A stretch of 64,000 nt of DNA from Klebsiella phage Sugarland: sequence record NC_042093.1; one strand, 5' to 3'. Under the pieces are notes generated by a model that made no database searches, was not told the DNA's origin, and saw only the letters and a program-made list of their open reading frames with translations. Made by a program: the position numbers and the translations under genes. This document shows, in pieces, positions 7,410 to 15,425 of this stretch. Numbering within the stretch: position 1 is the stretch's first letter; each line of letters begins with the position of its first letter.

Positions 7410-7637
7410 CCCAATAATTTGTTAAGGCAATTAATCCGGTGCGCGTAATACCCTGAGCAATTAGCCATGCGAGGATATCCGCTCTTCACAAATACAATAC
7501 ACTCTACGCTTACCAGGCGTTTCGGAGAGCCACTCCGCTATTCTTGCAAACCCTCAGTTCAATTACCGAGCAAGCTGCAAGCGTGTTTTTTGGTTCCGGC
7601 TCTGTATCAGATTAATTCCTTAACAAACTATATAAAT

Positions 7638-7666
7638 ATTATATCAATTTGTTAAGCATTTAGCAA
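7638..7666 (-). promoter_or_regulatory. T5-type strong sigma70 promoter driving the tRNA block to its left
   Basis: -35 TTGCTA, 17-bp spacer, -10 TATAAT, upstream A-tract. Confidence 0.6.
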
Positions 7667-7742
7667 CTGAATTTTTCGGTAAATTTGGTACTCCCGACGG
7701 GGTTCGAACCCGTGTTCCCACTGTGAAAGAGTGGTGTCCTAA
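7666..7742 (-). tRNA. tRNA-Glu (UUC)
   Basis: D arm GTCTAAGCTGGTTAGGAC; anticodon stem-loop CCACT-CTTTCAC-AGTGG; T arm ACGGG-TTCGAAC-CCCGT; CCA. Confidence 0.7.
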
Positions 7743-7752
7743 CCAGCTTAGA

Positions 7753-7828
7753 CGACAGGAGCATTTTAAATTTGGCAAGGGAAGGAGGAGTTGAACCTAC
7801 CGATCTCGGAGTCAAAGGCCGATGCCGT
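7753..7828 (-). tRNA. tRNA-Gln (UUG)
   Basis: Acceptor AAGGGAA/TTCCCTT; anticodon loop CTTTGAC; T loop TTCAACT; CCA. Confidence 0.5.
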
Positions 7829-7859
7829 AACCACTTGGCTATTCCCTTTCAATACAAAT

Positions 7860-7888
7860 ATTATCTCAAATTCTAGAGCATTTAGCAA
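7860..7888 (-). promoter_or_regulatory. T5-type sigma70 promoter
   Basis: -35 TTGCTA, 17-bp spacer, -10 GATAAT, upstream A-tract. Confidence 0.5.
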
Positions 7889-7942
7889 TTGAATTTTTCA
7901 AGTATTTTGGTAGTGACCCGGCAACGCAGGTCACTATGCAAA

Positions 7943-8437
7943 CTACTCGCCGTGGTCTACACGAATGAGCGGACAAAGTTTGTCCTTCTTGTAGATTCGC
8001 ATCTTTTGGTAGATGTTACCGAAGCGAAGCTCTTCATCGCGAGCATTATACTCTTTCTGTGCTCTTTCAAAGGATTTACTCGCGTTCCATTCCTGGATCC
8101 GATCCCCTATCTTAGCGCAGGCCCAGCCGATCCCAGCTATCGCCAGCAGAATCGCTACTATCGTAGATAGTCCTGCTAGACTTAACCCTACAAGCATGTA
8201 CCAGGGAGTAATTCCCAGCTCAAAGGTGAGGCCCAAGAACGTAGATAAGATACTTCCCATCCCCAAGGAGAAGAGTACAGCAATAGCAGTTACGCCAATC
8301 TGTAGCAGGAAATACCACACTGAGTGCCAAAATAGGCTACACAAGGTGACTCTGTTGTCGTTCAGCCGATAGGTGAAAGACGCGGAAGAGAAATTAAGCC
8401 ACTTGTAGAAAAAACCTTTACGTTTAATATTCAGCAT
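7943..8437 (-). CDS. integral membrane protein (164 aa, about 4 TM helices)
   Basis: Long hydrophobic segments (VTAIAVLFSLGMGSILSTFLGL..., LVGLSLAGLSTIVAILLAIAGIGWA). Confidence 0.55.
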   Translation of the reverse strand: MLNIKRKGFFYKWLNFSSASFTYRLNDNRVTLCSLFWHSVWYFLLQIGVTAIAVLFSLGMGSILSTFLGLTFELGITPWYMLVGLSLAGLSTIVAILLAIAGIGWACAKIGDRIQEWNASKSFERAQKEYNARDEELRFGNIYQKMRIYKKDKLCPLIRVDHGE

Positions 8438-8447
8438 ATTTAGCCTA

Positions 8448-8669
8448 TTACTTGAGTTGATTGATTAGGAAAACTTGTAGCGCGATAATGAATGCGGCAT
8501 AGGAGTCAGAGCCTTTACCACCTTCGTTCTCATTAACTTCTTTTAGTAGGGCTTCAAAAGCTGCTTTGTGACGCTCATAGTGCCCTCTGACTGTCGGGCC
8601 AGCATCCTCTAACATGCCTAAAAGCATATAGTACTGGGTTTGTAATTGGGCGTCCATTAGTCCTCCCAC
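8448..8669 (-). CDS. hypothetical protein (73 aa)
   Basis: ORF track. Confidence 0.45.
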   Translation of the reverse strand: MGGLMDAQLQTQYYMLLGMLEDAGPTVRGHYERHKAAFEALLKEVNENEGGKGSDSYAAFIIALQVFLINQLK

Positions 8670-8854
8670 ACGATTTTAATCGAGAGAAGACGATTTACAG
8701 GAATGACCAGCATAGTCTCAGACCGTTTATTAAGAATTTCCAGGATATCCCCATCACGATGGAGCAGACGTTTAGGACTGATATCTGTTACTGTGGACTC
8801 TAGGACGATACCACTGTCATCCACGAAGGATACGATTGCGTTTTTAGTAGACAT
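8657..8854 (-). CDS. hypothetical protein (65 aa)
   Basis: ORF track; overlaps the downstream ORF by 13 nt (translational coupling). Confidence 0.45.
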   Translation of the reverse strand: MSTKNAIVSFVDDSGIVLESTVTDISPKRLLHRDGDILEILNKRSETMLVIPVNRLLSIKIVWED

Positions 8855-8875
8855 TTTAGTCTCCTGTTATGAAAT

Positions 8876-8950
8876 TGGTGGGCCAGGGGAGACTCTAACT
8901 CCCACTCGTTGGCTTATGAGGCCACTGCTTTAACTTTAAGCTACCGGCCC
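8876..8950 (-). tRNA. tRNA-Met/Ile2-type (CAU), third copy, isolated from the main cluster
   Basis: Acceptor GGGCCGG/CTGGCCC; anticodon loop CTCATAA; T arm GGGAG-TTAGAGT-CTCCC; CCA. Confidence 0.55.
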
Positions 8951-9092
8951 AGAGAAAGGCTATTTCTAACCCTTATTTAGTTATACTGCTGCTTCGTCTT
9001 TCGGAGTACCTTCAACTGGGGTTCCTCAGTTGGAGTATCTTCAACCGGCTCAGGATCTTTCACGAAGGCTGCTTCTTCATCGGAGATCGGAG

Positions 9093-9248
9093 ATCACATA
9101 CAGATCCTGAATATCCTCTGTATTGATCATACGAGCTACGCTACCATCTTTATAGAAGATGGATTTAGTGCCCTCGTTGCGAGCCATGTTCGCATCGATA
9201 ACCAGCTCAGTAAGAACCCCTTTCTTTAAATATTCAATTTTGTAAGCC
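9093..9248 (-). CDS. hypothetical protein (51 aa) ending at a tandem 9-nt repeat; the downstream frame stays open to 8977
   Basis: MAYKIEYLKKGVLTELVIDANMARNEGTKSIFYKDGSVARMINTEDIQDLYVISDLR*. The +1 frame continues SPISDEEAAFVKDPEPVEDTPTEEPQ... to a stop at 8977. Confidence 0.4.
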
Positions 9249-9378
9249 ATTTTATCCTCTACTTTCTCTTTGATTTAAAGAACTATTATACAAAATTTCT
9301 GACAGAATTGCAAGAAAAATTTTGTAGAATCAATCTCAGTCTGCGCTCTGCGGGCTTTTTAGCGATGGCCACAACAAA

Positions 9379-9888
9379 TTACGTGTGACCTTTCGCTGCT
9401 TGTGGAGGTAGGCCAGTTAGCTTAGTAAATCGCTTTCTAAGCCCATTATCCGATAACCCTAGCTCTTTAGCTGCCCTTGTCCATGAGTAGTTAGATACCC
9501 AATATCTAATGTCCTCCTCTGTTATTTCAGGGAATGATAGGGGTTTGCGGGTTTTGGGTATTACTCTAGTCCTGCCCAAATCTTCTAGGGTTTTATCTAT
9601 GTGGGCTTCTTGCGATAGAACCTGGAGATTACTTAGTGCAAAGTCTGTTCTTACCCTATTAATGTGATCCACTTCTAGTGGTGAATCTAATGTAGGTAAA
9701 TCTTTGAATATAAAGGCTAGTAATCGATGTACTAATAAATTTCTTTGCACACCTTTCTGCTGTAATTTGTAGCAGGGGTACCCTGCTGTATTTATAAAGT
9801 ACTTGAGGTACTTGTTAGACCTGCGAGAGAAGATACTCCCGTCTTCTCGAAGGAAGTATCCTGGGTACTGAGGTATTTCTATTAGCAT
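9379..9888 (-). CDS. HNH homing endonuclease
   Basis: EVDHINRVRTD...N HNH motif after an N-terminal NUMOD-like region; C-terminal HTH. Confidence 0.7.
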   Translation of the reverse strand: MLIEIPQYPGYFLREDGSIFSRRSNKYLKYFINTAGYPCYKLQQKGVQRNLLVHRLLAFIFKDLPTLDSPLEVDHINRVRTDFALSNLQVLSQEAHIDKTLEDLGRTRVIPKTRKPLSFPEITEEDIRYWVSNYSWTRAAKELGLSDNGLRKRFTKLTGLPPQAAKGHT

Positions 9889-9896
9889 AGTTTATG

Positions 9897-9978
9897 TGGC
9901 CGAGGCGGCAGGATTCGAACCCGCATACTCCAATTACTCGATTAACGACGGGTTAGAAGCCCGTTGAGATACGCCCCG
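9897..9978 (-). ncRNA. tRNA-like element (UCU Arg-type anticodon hairpin) with an aberrant D region
   Basis: Acceptor CGGGGCG/CGCCTCG plus CCA; T arm GCGGG-TTCGAAT-CCTGC; hairpin ACGGG-CTTCTAA-CCCGT; no D stem; 23-nt extra arm. Confidence 0.4.
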
Positions 9979-9992
9979 AATAATTCGTTTGG

Positions 9993-10169
9993 TTAATAAA
10001 GTTTAAGCGTTTTTACAACCAGATCGTGAACCTGTTCAGAATACCGGCCAACGCTCTTATGCAGCGACTCTTTAAACTCTAGAGTACGTCTAGCGATTAG
10101 CTGCTTCTGTTCAGGTGTCAGATTAGGTGCCGGACGCTCATACGGAGGAGTATGCACAGATGCCACCAT
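9993..10169 (-). CDS. hypothetical protein (58 aa)
   Basis: Unlisted small ORF, MVASVHTPPYERPAPNLTPEQKQLIARRTLEFKESLHK...; its start lies 2 nt from the stop of the upstream gene. Confidence 0.3.
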   Translation of the reverse strand: MVASVHTPPYERPAPNLTPEQKQLIARRTLEFKESLHKSVGRYSEQVHDLVVKTLKLY

Positions 10170-10171
10170 TA

Positions 10172-10498
10172 TTATACCTTGATAGAGTTTTTGAGACGAT
10201 CACATTCAGCGGCGAACTGTACGTTTAGGGTTTTGATTGCATCCGTACACTGATCTATTTGTTTGTCTAGAGCTTTGATAAGCCCTAGCTTCACCATATC
10301 GTAACAGGATTTCATTTCGAATGTGTAATCTCGGGTTAGCTCCCCACACAGATCAAATGTAAGATCTCCGGCGCGTAGTGTAAAGCGCTGTTGCGTACCG
10401 CCGCTGATGATTTGTTTAGCCTTAGTCAGCTCACTACGACGAGAGACCATAGACTGAATATCAGAGCGTATCTTAGTTAACATACTTAAATCGTTCAT
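10172..10498 (-). CDS. hypothetical protein (108 aa)
   Basis: ORF track. Confidence 0.5.
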   Translation of the reverse strand: MNDLSMLTKIRSDIQSMVSRRSELTKAKQIISGGTQQRFTLRAGDLTFDLCGELTRDYTFEMKSCYDMVKLGLIKALDKQIDQCTDAIKTLNVQFAAECDRLKNSIKV

Positions 10499-11283
10499 AT
10501 AGACCTCGTCAATTAGTATCTTTAAGAACTCTCGTGAAAGCTCTTAAAGATACCGCCAGTAGCGAAGGACGAATCCCCTCATTAAGCGTCTCATTGGTAC
10601 GCACTACTGTCAGACGTATCTTCCAGTTATAGTCAAGGTGACTAATATACCTTGCCAGATCCCGGCCAACAGATATCCGTTGGCTAATGCGGTCTAGGCG
10701 AGGGCACACTCCAAACAGGGGCACTTCTAGCCTGTGTAAGGGTGCTATAAATAGTGGTTATGCTTTCGCTCGGGGTGACTCCGGTCATGACTCCATTGTC
10801 ACATGCTTACACAGGGTATACGAGCTTCCGCGGAGCTGTATACTCAACCGTGTCCCACTTAGGTCTCGGAGCGACCGCTTGTACGAACGGTTATCCGAAT
10901 ACTCTTTCCCACTTAGAGTCAGGCGAGATCCCACCTCGCCAAAGTTCATACGATCATCATGCCGTATTTAAGGACTAGTTTTGGCACTTCTGGAGAGCCA
11001 TCCTCCACGCGGTCTGTTAAAATCACACCTCCGAATTTTCGATGTGAAGTTTGGCTATCTCTAGCCTTCCAGCGTATGGTCGCTTCGCACCTGCCACTCT
11101 TACGTTCAAATCGGTTTAGGTGGTGGCAACCCTCCGAAGTTCCGAGTTTGGTTGAGGCCGTCAGGTTTCCTCGTGGTTTAGCTGTTTCGTTCCCGCGAGT
11201 CTCCCAAGTCTTTCCCTGGGAGGGGAGGAGGTACTCCAGCAGCGAGTGGTTCGACAATAGAACCATCAGTTATCTAGCTCTTT

Positions 11284-11367
11284 CCGACCGCAGGATTCGA
11301 ACCTGCACTTTCCGCATCTGGGGATAGCTCCCCGCGTGCAGAAGTCTACCAATTAACTTAGGACGGC
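11284..11367 (-). ncRNA. tRNA-like element whose anticodon arm is replaced by a long imperfect hairpin; no encoded CCA
   Basis: Acceptor GCCGTCC/GGTCGGA (5 of 7 bp); D arm AAGT-TAATTGGTAG-ACTT; T arm GCAGG-TTCGAAT-CCTGC; insert TGCAC-GCG-GGGGA-GCTA-TCCCC-AGAT-GCG-GAAA-GTGCA. Confidence 0.4.
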
Positions 11368-11811
11368 AGTGTTGCTACATAAGTGATTTCGACACCCCAC
11401 TATGGTGGCAATAACCAGCACCAGACGCTATACACATGTCTCCAATTTGCAACCTAGGCAGGTCAGCGTGGGAGCTATACGAGTTTCTCAGGCTCAGCTC
11501 CCCACCTCTCCGGCAGGCCACGCACCATGCTTCATTCTGGTCGAACAAGTTAAAGTGAGATTCCACCATTTTTCTACAAATTAGAAGAAGAGTTTAGGAG
11601 AGTGGTTTCAGACGCCACATTTTACAAGAGATCTCTAACCTACGCCCGTCCAATACGCTCCCTGGCCGGTATCCGGACTGGATGCACGAACTTTGTCAGG
11701 TGATCACTCTTAACTCACCGATTCTATTCAACGAATCTTAATGATCGACGAGTCTTACATTAAAACAAGTTCAGCGTAATCGGCCCGCTGTTCTCTCTAA
11801 TTTATGAAACT

Positions 11812-11840
11812 ATTATATCAACTTTTTAAGCATTAGGCAA
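11812..11840 (-). promoter_or_regulatory. T5-type strong sigma70 promoter firing leftward into the 1.3-kb non-coding region
   Basis: -35 TTGCCT, 17-bp spacer, -10 TATAAT, upstream A-tract. Confidence 0.55.
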
Positions 11841-12287
11841 CTGAGATTTTAATTTATAGAACACATGGTTGCCAATTTTACTTGTTCTTTTGAAGTCCTT
11901 GTCTTTTGTCCAGTAAGGTTTAGTATCTTTACTGTGAAAGTACAAAGCTCCCTTCGTCGGATCTACTGGAAGATCCATATAGTAAACTAGTCTAGCTATC
12001 TCTTTAGCCTGTTTCCACTCTTCGTCTTTACGATCGAGTTTCTGTTTCTTTTTACCAACCCAGCTAAATTGCCCTGGTTGATAGACTACTTTACAATATG
12101 TGGACGGGAATTTTCCATAGTTAACACGATTTTTCGTTACTTGTGCAACTGCGGTCATTCCTTTAACTCCTTCCCCTCTAGCTTCAAAGTACGCATTTTT
12201 AGCTATGCACTCTATCTCATGCGCATCAATCTTTGCCTGCGCATGGAAGCTGGTGAGGATGGAGATCATTAGAATGGCTGCTTTCAT
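11826..12287 (-). CDS. secreted cell-wall hydrolase, SleB / Hydrolase_2-like
   Basis: N-terminal signal peptide MKAAILMISILTSFHAQA; conserved AKNAYFEARGEG...VAQVTKNRV...YCKVVYQPGQFSW region typical of SleB-family wall hydrolases. Confidence 0.55.
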   Translation of the reverse strand: MKAAILMISILTSFHAQAKIDAHEIECIAKNAYFEARGEGVKGMTAVAQVTKNRVNYGKFPSTYCKVVYQPGQFSWVGKKKQKLDRKDEEWKQAKEIARLVYYMDLPVDPTKGALYFHSKDTKPYWTKDKDFKRTSKIGNHVFYKLKSQLPNA

Positions 12288-12320
12288 TATTTCTCCTTTA
12301 CTCTTTGATTCAAGAATAAT

Positions 12321-12350
12321 AGTATATCAAGAAATCAGCCATTTAGTCAA
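12321..12350 (-). promoter_or_regulatory. sigma70 promoter
   Basis: -35 TTGACT, 18-bp spacer, -10 TATACT, then RBS GGAGAAATAATG. Confidence 0.45.
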
Positions 12351-12351
12351 A

Positions 12352-13356
12352 TCAAATTTTCAATTTCGATTCGATAGTTTTAATACAGTACGCTTCTACC
12401 AGGGCGTCAAACACCGGATCATGTTTCGACGGGTAGACTCCCTCAGGGATCAGGTTGTAACGCTCGATTACGTCATGTGCGTATACTTCAGCACAACGTA
12501 CCAATGCTTTCCAGTCTCCTCCGAGAGCCTCAAAATAGTCACGTGGGTTACGGGCGCTAGAAATATCCCAAAACTTCCACGGAACGATCGCAGGGTCAGA
12601 GGGAGAAAAGACGTTAGCCTGAGCTGCCACTGTTTCGTAGATGGACATGTCGAACTGCGGGCCGTTGCCATAATGGCGCAGAGAACGAGTGTCGATGCCC
12701 TGTTCGTCGATAATGCCTTCGATTACCTGTTTCGCCTCTACGAATGGGCAAATCAGATCCATGAACGTATGCTTGGATACGGGTGATTCATGGGTCGGAT
12801 TGCAGACTAGAACGGTAGACTCACCGTCTTTAGCGTTCAGGGCTTCAATAATGGACAGCGACGGAGCACTACCAGCACGGGCCTCGTTCATCCAGAATGC
12901 AATAGTTCCGGCGGACACTTTAGCACCGAGGGCCAACTGCTGGGCAATGTTCGGGGTGCCTAAAACGATATACGGGTCTAGCGATAGATCTTTCAGCAGT
13001 ACAAAAGCGAAAGACGGCATAGCGATAAAGGTGCTCTTGCAGTCTCCCGGAGTTCCCAGAGATTCGATATCGCAAACAGAGATCCAGCGGTCTTGTAAGT
13101 TTTGCATATTGTTTCCTTTGTTATTAAAGTTGCTTCTAGATGTGCTACCACATTTAGAAGCCACCTCCGGTGGTGGCTTAGTCATATCTTCGGACACATC
13201 CCAGTTTTCTTCCATAGACGGCCAGTCAGCCGCCCAATCTTCAAGTTCTTCGTAGCACGAATCCATCAGTTCCCGGGAGTTGACCCTAGAGTAATCTAGG
13301 GCCGACTTATGTGTCGCTGCACGATTGAAATCGTTTTTAGCTACAAAATTTCGCAT
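12352..13356 (-). CDS. hypothetical protein (334 aa), function not recognised
   Basis: ORF track; low-complexity acidic N-terminus followed by a globular domain; stop overlaps the start of the downstream gene. Confidence 0.55.
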   Translation of the reverse strand: MRNFVAKNDFNRAATHKSALDYSRVNSRELMDSCYEELEDWAADWPSMEENWDVSEDMTKPPPEVASKCGSTSRSNFNNKGNNMQNLQDRWISVCDIESLGTPGDCKSTFIAMPSFAFVLLKDLSLDPYIVLGTPNIAQQLALGAKVSAGTIAFWMNEARAGSAPSLSIIEALNAKDGESTVLVCNPTHESPVSKHTFMDLICPFVEAKQVIEGIIDEQGIDTRSLRHYGNGPQFDMSIYETVAAQANVFSPSDPAIVPWKFWDISSARNPRDYFEALGGDWKALVRCAEVYAHDVIERYNLIPEGVYPSKHDPVFDALVEAYCIKTIESKLKI

Positions 13357-13766
13357 TATGCCTTCTTAGCGGGTTTGCGTTTTTGATTACGGGGTTTATT
13401 TGCCTTGCCCGTAAATTTAATACCTACGCCGTAGCACAGAGCGCGAACATTCTCACGGCTGTACTCGCAGCCAAAGATATTCGGCTTGACGCTACCGAAA
13501 CGGCCCTGGGTCTTACGCAGGACTTCTTTGGTGTCCGCCTTATCCGGCGTACTCCAGCCAACGATCTTCGAGACGTAGCCAGAGGTAGAACCCTTAGTTA
13601 CCGGCTTCTTACGACGCGGGGCCGGTTTGCCTACAGCTGATGCTGCTTGAGTATCAGCCGGATGTTTACGCAGATGACGCTCCAGACGTGCTTTGCGATT
13701 CGCTTCAGTTTTGGGAAAAGTTGCAACTTTGGTTTCTACTGCTTTTTTAGAGGTCTGCTTAGCCAT
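13356..13766 (-). CDS. highly basic, probably nucleic-acid-binding protein (136 aa)
   Basis: Lys/Arg-rich N- and C-termini (KKAVETK..., KPRNQKRKPAKKA); RBS GGAAATAAATCATG. Confidence 0.55.
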   Translation of the reverse strand: MAKQTSKKAVETKVATFPKTEANRKARLERHLRKHPADTQAASAVGKPAPRRKKPVTKGSTSGYVSKIVGWSTPDKADTKEVLRKTQGRFGSVKPNIFGCEYSRENVRALCYGVGIKFTGKANKPRNQKRKPAKKA

Positions 13767-13811
13767 GATTTATTTCCTTTGTTTTGATTGGTTTCGTTAA
13801 TTTATGAATCT

Positions 13812-13840
13812 ATTATACGTTAATTTTTAGCGTTTAGCAA
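13812..13840 (-). promoter_or_regulatory. T5-type strong sigma70 promoter
   Basis: -35 TTGCTA, 17-bp spacer, -10 TATAAT, upstream A-tract. Confidence 0.55.
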
Positions 13841-14170
13841 CTGCGTTTTTTCATTTTCATCTACAAGCTCATCGAAGATGATGAACTCGTACCTGTTACC
13901 GCCCGATGTGCTTCGCTTGCTCTTCCGAGCTGATGTACTGGTACCCGCCTTTGTTGTACGCTGGGGCGGTACAGAGTTTCTTTCGCTCAATTTCTTTAAG
14001 AGCGGCTCGTTCTCTTTCAGCCATCTCAGGATCCAGGATTTCCCGTGCCTGCGGTCTTGGTGGTAGACGCGTAGAGGGTTCCCCGATTTTGACGCTTCCA
14101 GAAACGCGGCGTAGAGATCGAGCTGGTACTGTGGTACGTTTGGGAACAAATCCCTCAAATCTGGTGCCAT
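13820..14170 (-). CDS. hypothetical protein (116 aa)
   Basis: Chosen over the overlapping 13896..14186 frame on composition grounds (the alternative is Arg/Pro-rich, wrong-frame-like). Confidence 0.4.
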   Translation of the reverse strand: MAPDLRDLFPNVPQYQLDLYAAFLEASKSGNPLRVYHQDRRHGKSWILRWLKENEPLLKKLSERNSVPPQRTTKAGTSTSARKSKRSTSGGNRYEFIIFDELVDENEKTQLLNAKN

Positions 14171-14329
14171 TATAATTCATCTCCACCCCTCAGAGCTTTC
14201 CACTCCGCTTCAAAGATTTGGGCTTCCATACGTGCGATTCGCAGTTTCATTACTACTCGATCCACGCCAGGCTCCATCAGGAGCACCTCATATTTCATTT
14301 CGCTAACTAAGCGGCGTAAATTCTCCAAC
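14170..14329 (-). CDS. hypothetical protein (about 53 aa)
   Basis: Unlisted ORF MLENLRRLVSEMKYEVLLMEPGVDRVVMKLRIARMEAQIFEAEWKALRGGDEL; RBS GGAGGA 7 nt upstream; ATGA overlap with the next gene. Confidence 0.3.
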
Positions 14330-14330
14330 A

Positions 14331-14813
14331 TCACATATCCTCCATTTCCAGTTCGGTCATGCGAACATTTAGCAGGTTATCTGCAGCCTCATTACCCTCT
14401 ACACCGGAGTGACCCTTAACCTTAACGAAAGTTGGGATCTCATTATGGTTGAGACGATACTTCTTGAGTTCGTCAATAATCCACTTCCACTGGTCTAAGT
14501 TCAGAGGTGTATCACCATCTGCCTTCTTCCAGCCTTTACGTTCCCAGCCCCAAACCCAGGACTCACAACCATTCTTAACGTAGGTTGAGTCCAGATAGAT
14601 TGTCATTGGTCGGCCAGGGTTTTTGTTAGACCATAGCAGAGCCTCTAGGACTGCTTGAAGCTCCATCTCGTTGTTAGTTGTGTTGCGTTTGGGAGCAGAC
14701 TTGGTGCCGATTTGCTCTTCGCTGGAGTTGTAAACTACCATAGCCCAAGCACCAACGTTGTCTACCCCACGGGTATTACCGCGGCAACCACCATCAGTAT
14801 AAACATGAAACAT
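14331..14813 (-). CDS. rnh: ribonuclease H (RNase HI family)
   Basis: YTDGGCRGN...GAWA...NNEMELQA...YLDSTYV...KVKGHSG...NEAADNL, the RNase HI catalytic signature. Confidence 0.8.
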   Translation of the reverse strand: MFHVYTDGGCRGNTRGVDNVGAWAMVVYNSSEEQIGTKSAPKRNTTNNEMELQAVLEALLWSNKNPGRPMTIYLDSTYVKNGCESWVWGWERKGWKKADGDTPLNLDQWKWIIDELKKYRLNHNEIPTFVKVKGHSGVEGNEAADNLLNVRMTELEMEDM

Positions 14814-15106
14814 TATGCGTGCCCCCAGGAAATGGTAATTGATTCAGTATCACGTTGGTCAAACGGATGATTTACTTTTACTTCATAGCCCGCGTCCTTT
14901 AGGTCTTCCATAATCTGAGACCGTGCGGCGATAGGCAGACCATTCAGTGCGTAAGAATCTACTTCTGTTTTACCTGAGGAAGCTGACCCATCAATATTTG
15001 ATATAATAGATCTGCGAGCTGCTATAACTGCCATATCGTTAGACCTTTTGGCTTTAGCTGCCATTGCTTTTGCATCAGTAAAAGACATATTCATTTCCTC
15101 TCTCAA
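14813..15106 (-). CDS. hypothetical protein (97 aa)
   Basis: ORF track; RBS GAGAGGAAATGAATATG. Confidence 0.5.
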   Translation of the reverse strand: MREEMNMSFTDAKAMAAKAKRSNDMAVIAARRSIISNIDGSASSGKTEVDSYALNGLPIAARSQIMEDLKDAGYEVKVNHPFDQRDTESITISWGHA

Positions 15107-15118
15107 ATTTATGAATCT

Positions 15119-15147
15119 ATTATATTAGAAATTCACGTGGTTTGCAA
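15119..15147 (-). promoter_or_regulatory. T5-type strong sigma70 promoter
   Basis: -35 TTGCAA, 17-bp spacer, -10 TATAAT. Confidence 0.55.
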
Positions 15148-15162
15148 ATGAATTTTTAATAT

Positions 15163-15185
15163 AAGTGGCCCGAAGGCCACCTTAG
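15163..15185 (-). terminator. rho-independent terminator
   Basis: GTGGCCTTCGGGCCAC hairpin followed by TTATATT on the minus strand. Confidence 0.45.
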
Positions 15186-15419
15186 TTATAGTAATTTAGC
15201 TGGAGGAACCAGTAAATTACTGTTATAGTCCCGCTTGGCTGTAGGGTTTTCTTTAGGCGGTTTAGGGGCAAACTGACGCATTAGTGCGTCCATGCCCTTG
15301 TACTTTACCATCCCTAGGATAACATCTATGTGCAATCCTGAGGATTGAACCAGAAACTTCAGCTGAGACTCCTCCCTTTCGGAGAAGGTTATTTTGGGGC
15401 GTCTGTTAAATAATCCCAT
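15186..15419 (-). CDS. hypothetical protein (77 aa)
   Basis: ORF track. Confidence 0.45.
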   Translation of the reverse strand: MGLFNRRPKITFSEREESQLKFLVQSSGLHIDVILGMVKYKGMDALMRQFAPKPPKENPTAKRDYNSNLLVPPAKLL

Positions 15420-15425
15420 AAGTCC

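Noticed and set aside
11284-11367. tRNA with an intron in the anticodon loop
   Set aside because: The 40-nt insert is far too small for a group I intron, and bacterial and phage systems lack bulge-helix-bulge splicing; kept as a tRNA-like ncRNA instead.
10509-11584. Seven overlapping 60-120-aa ORFs on both strands
   Set aside because: They overlap each other in all frames, are Arg/Pro/Ser-rich, have no RBSs, and the region is GC-enriched and hairpin-dense; interpreted as a non-coding RNA region instead.
12205-12786. 193-aa plus-strand ORF
   Set aside because: Antisense to two well-supported minus-strand genes.
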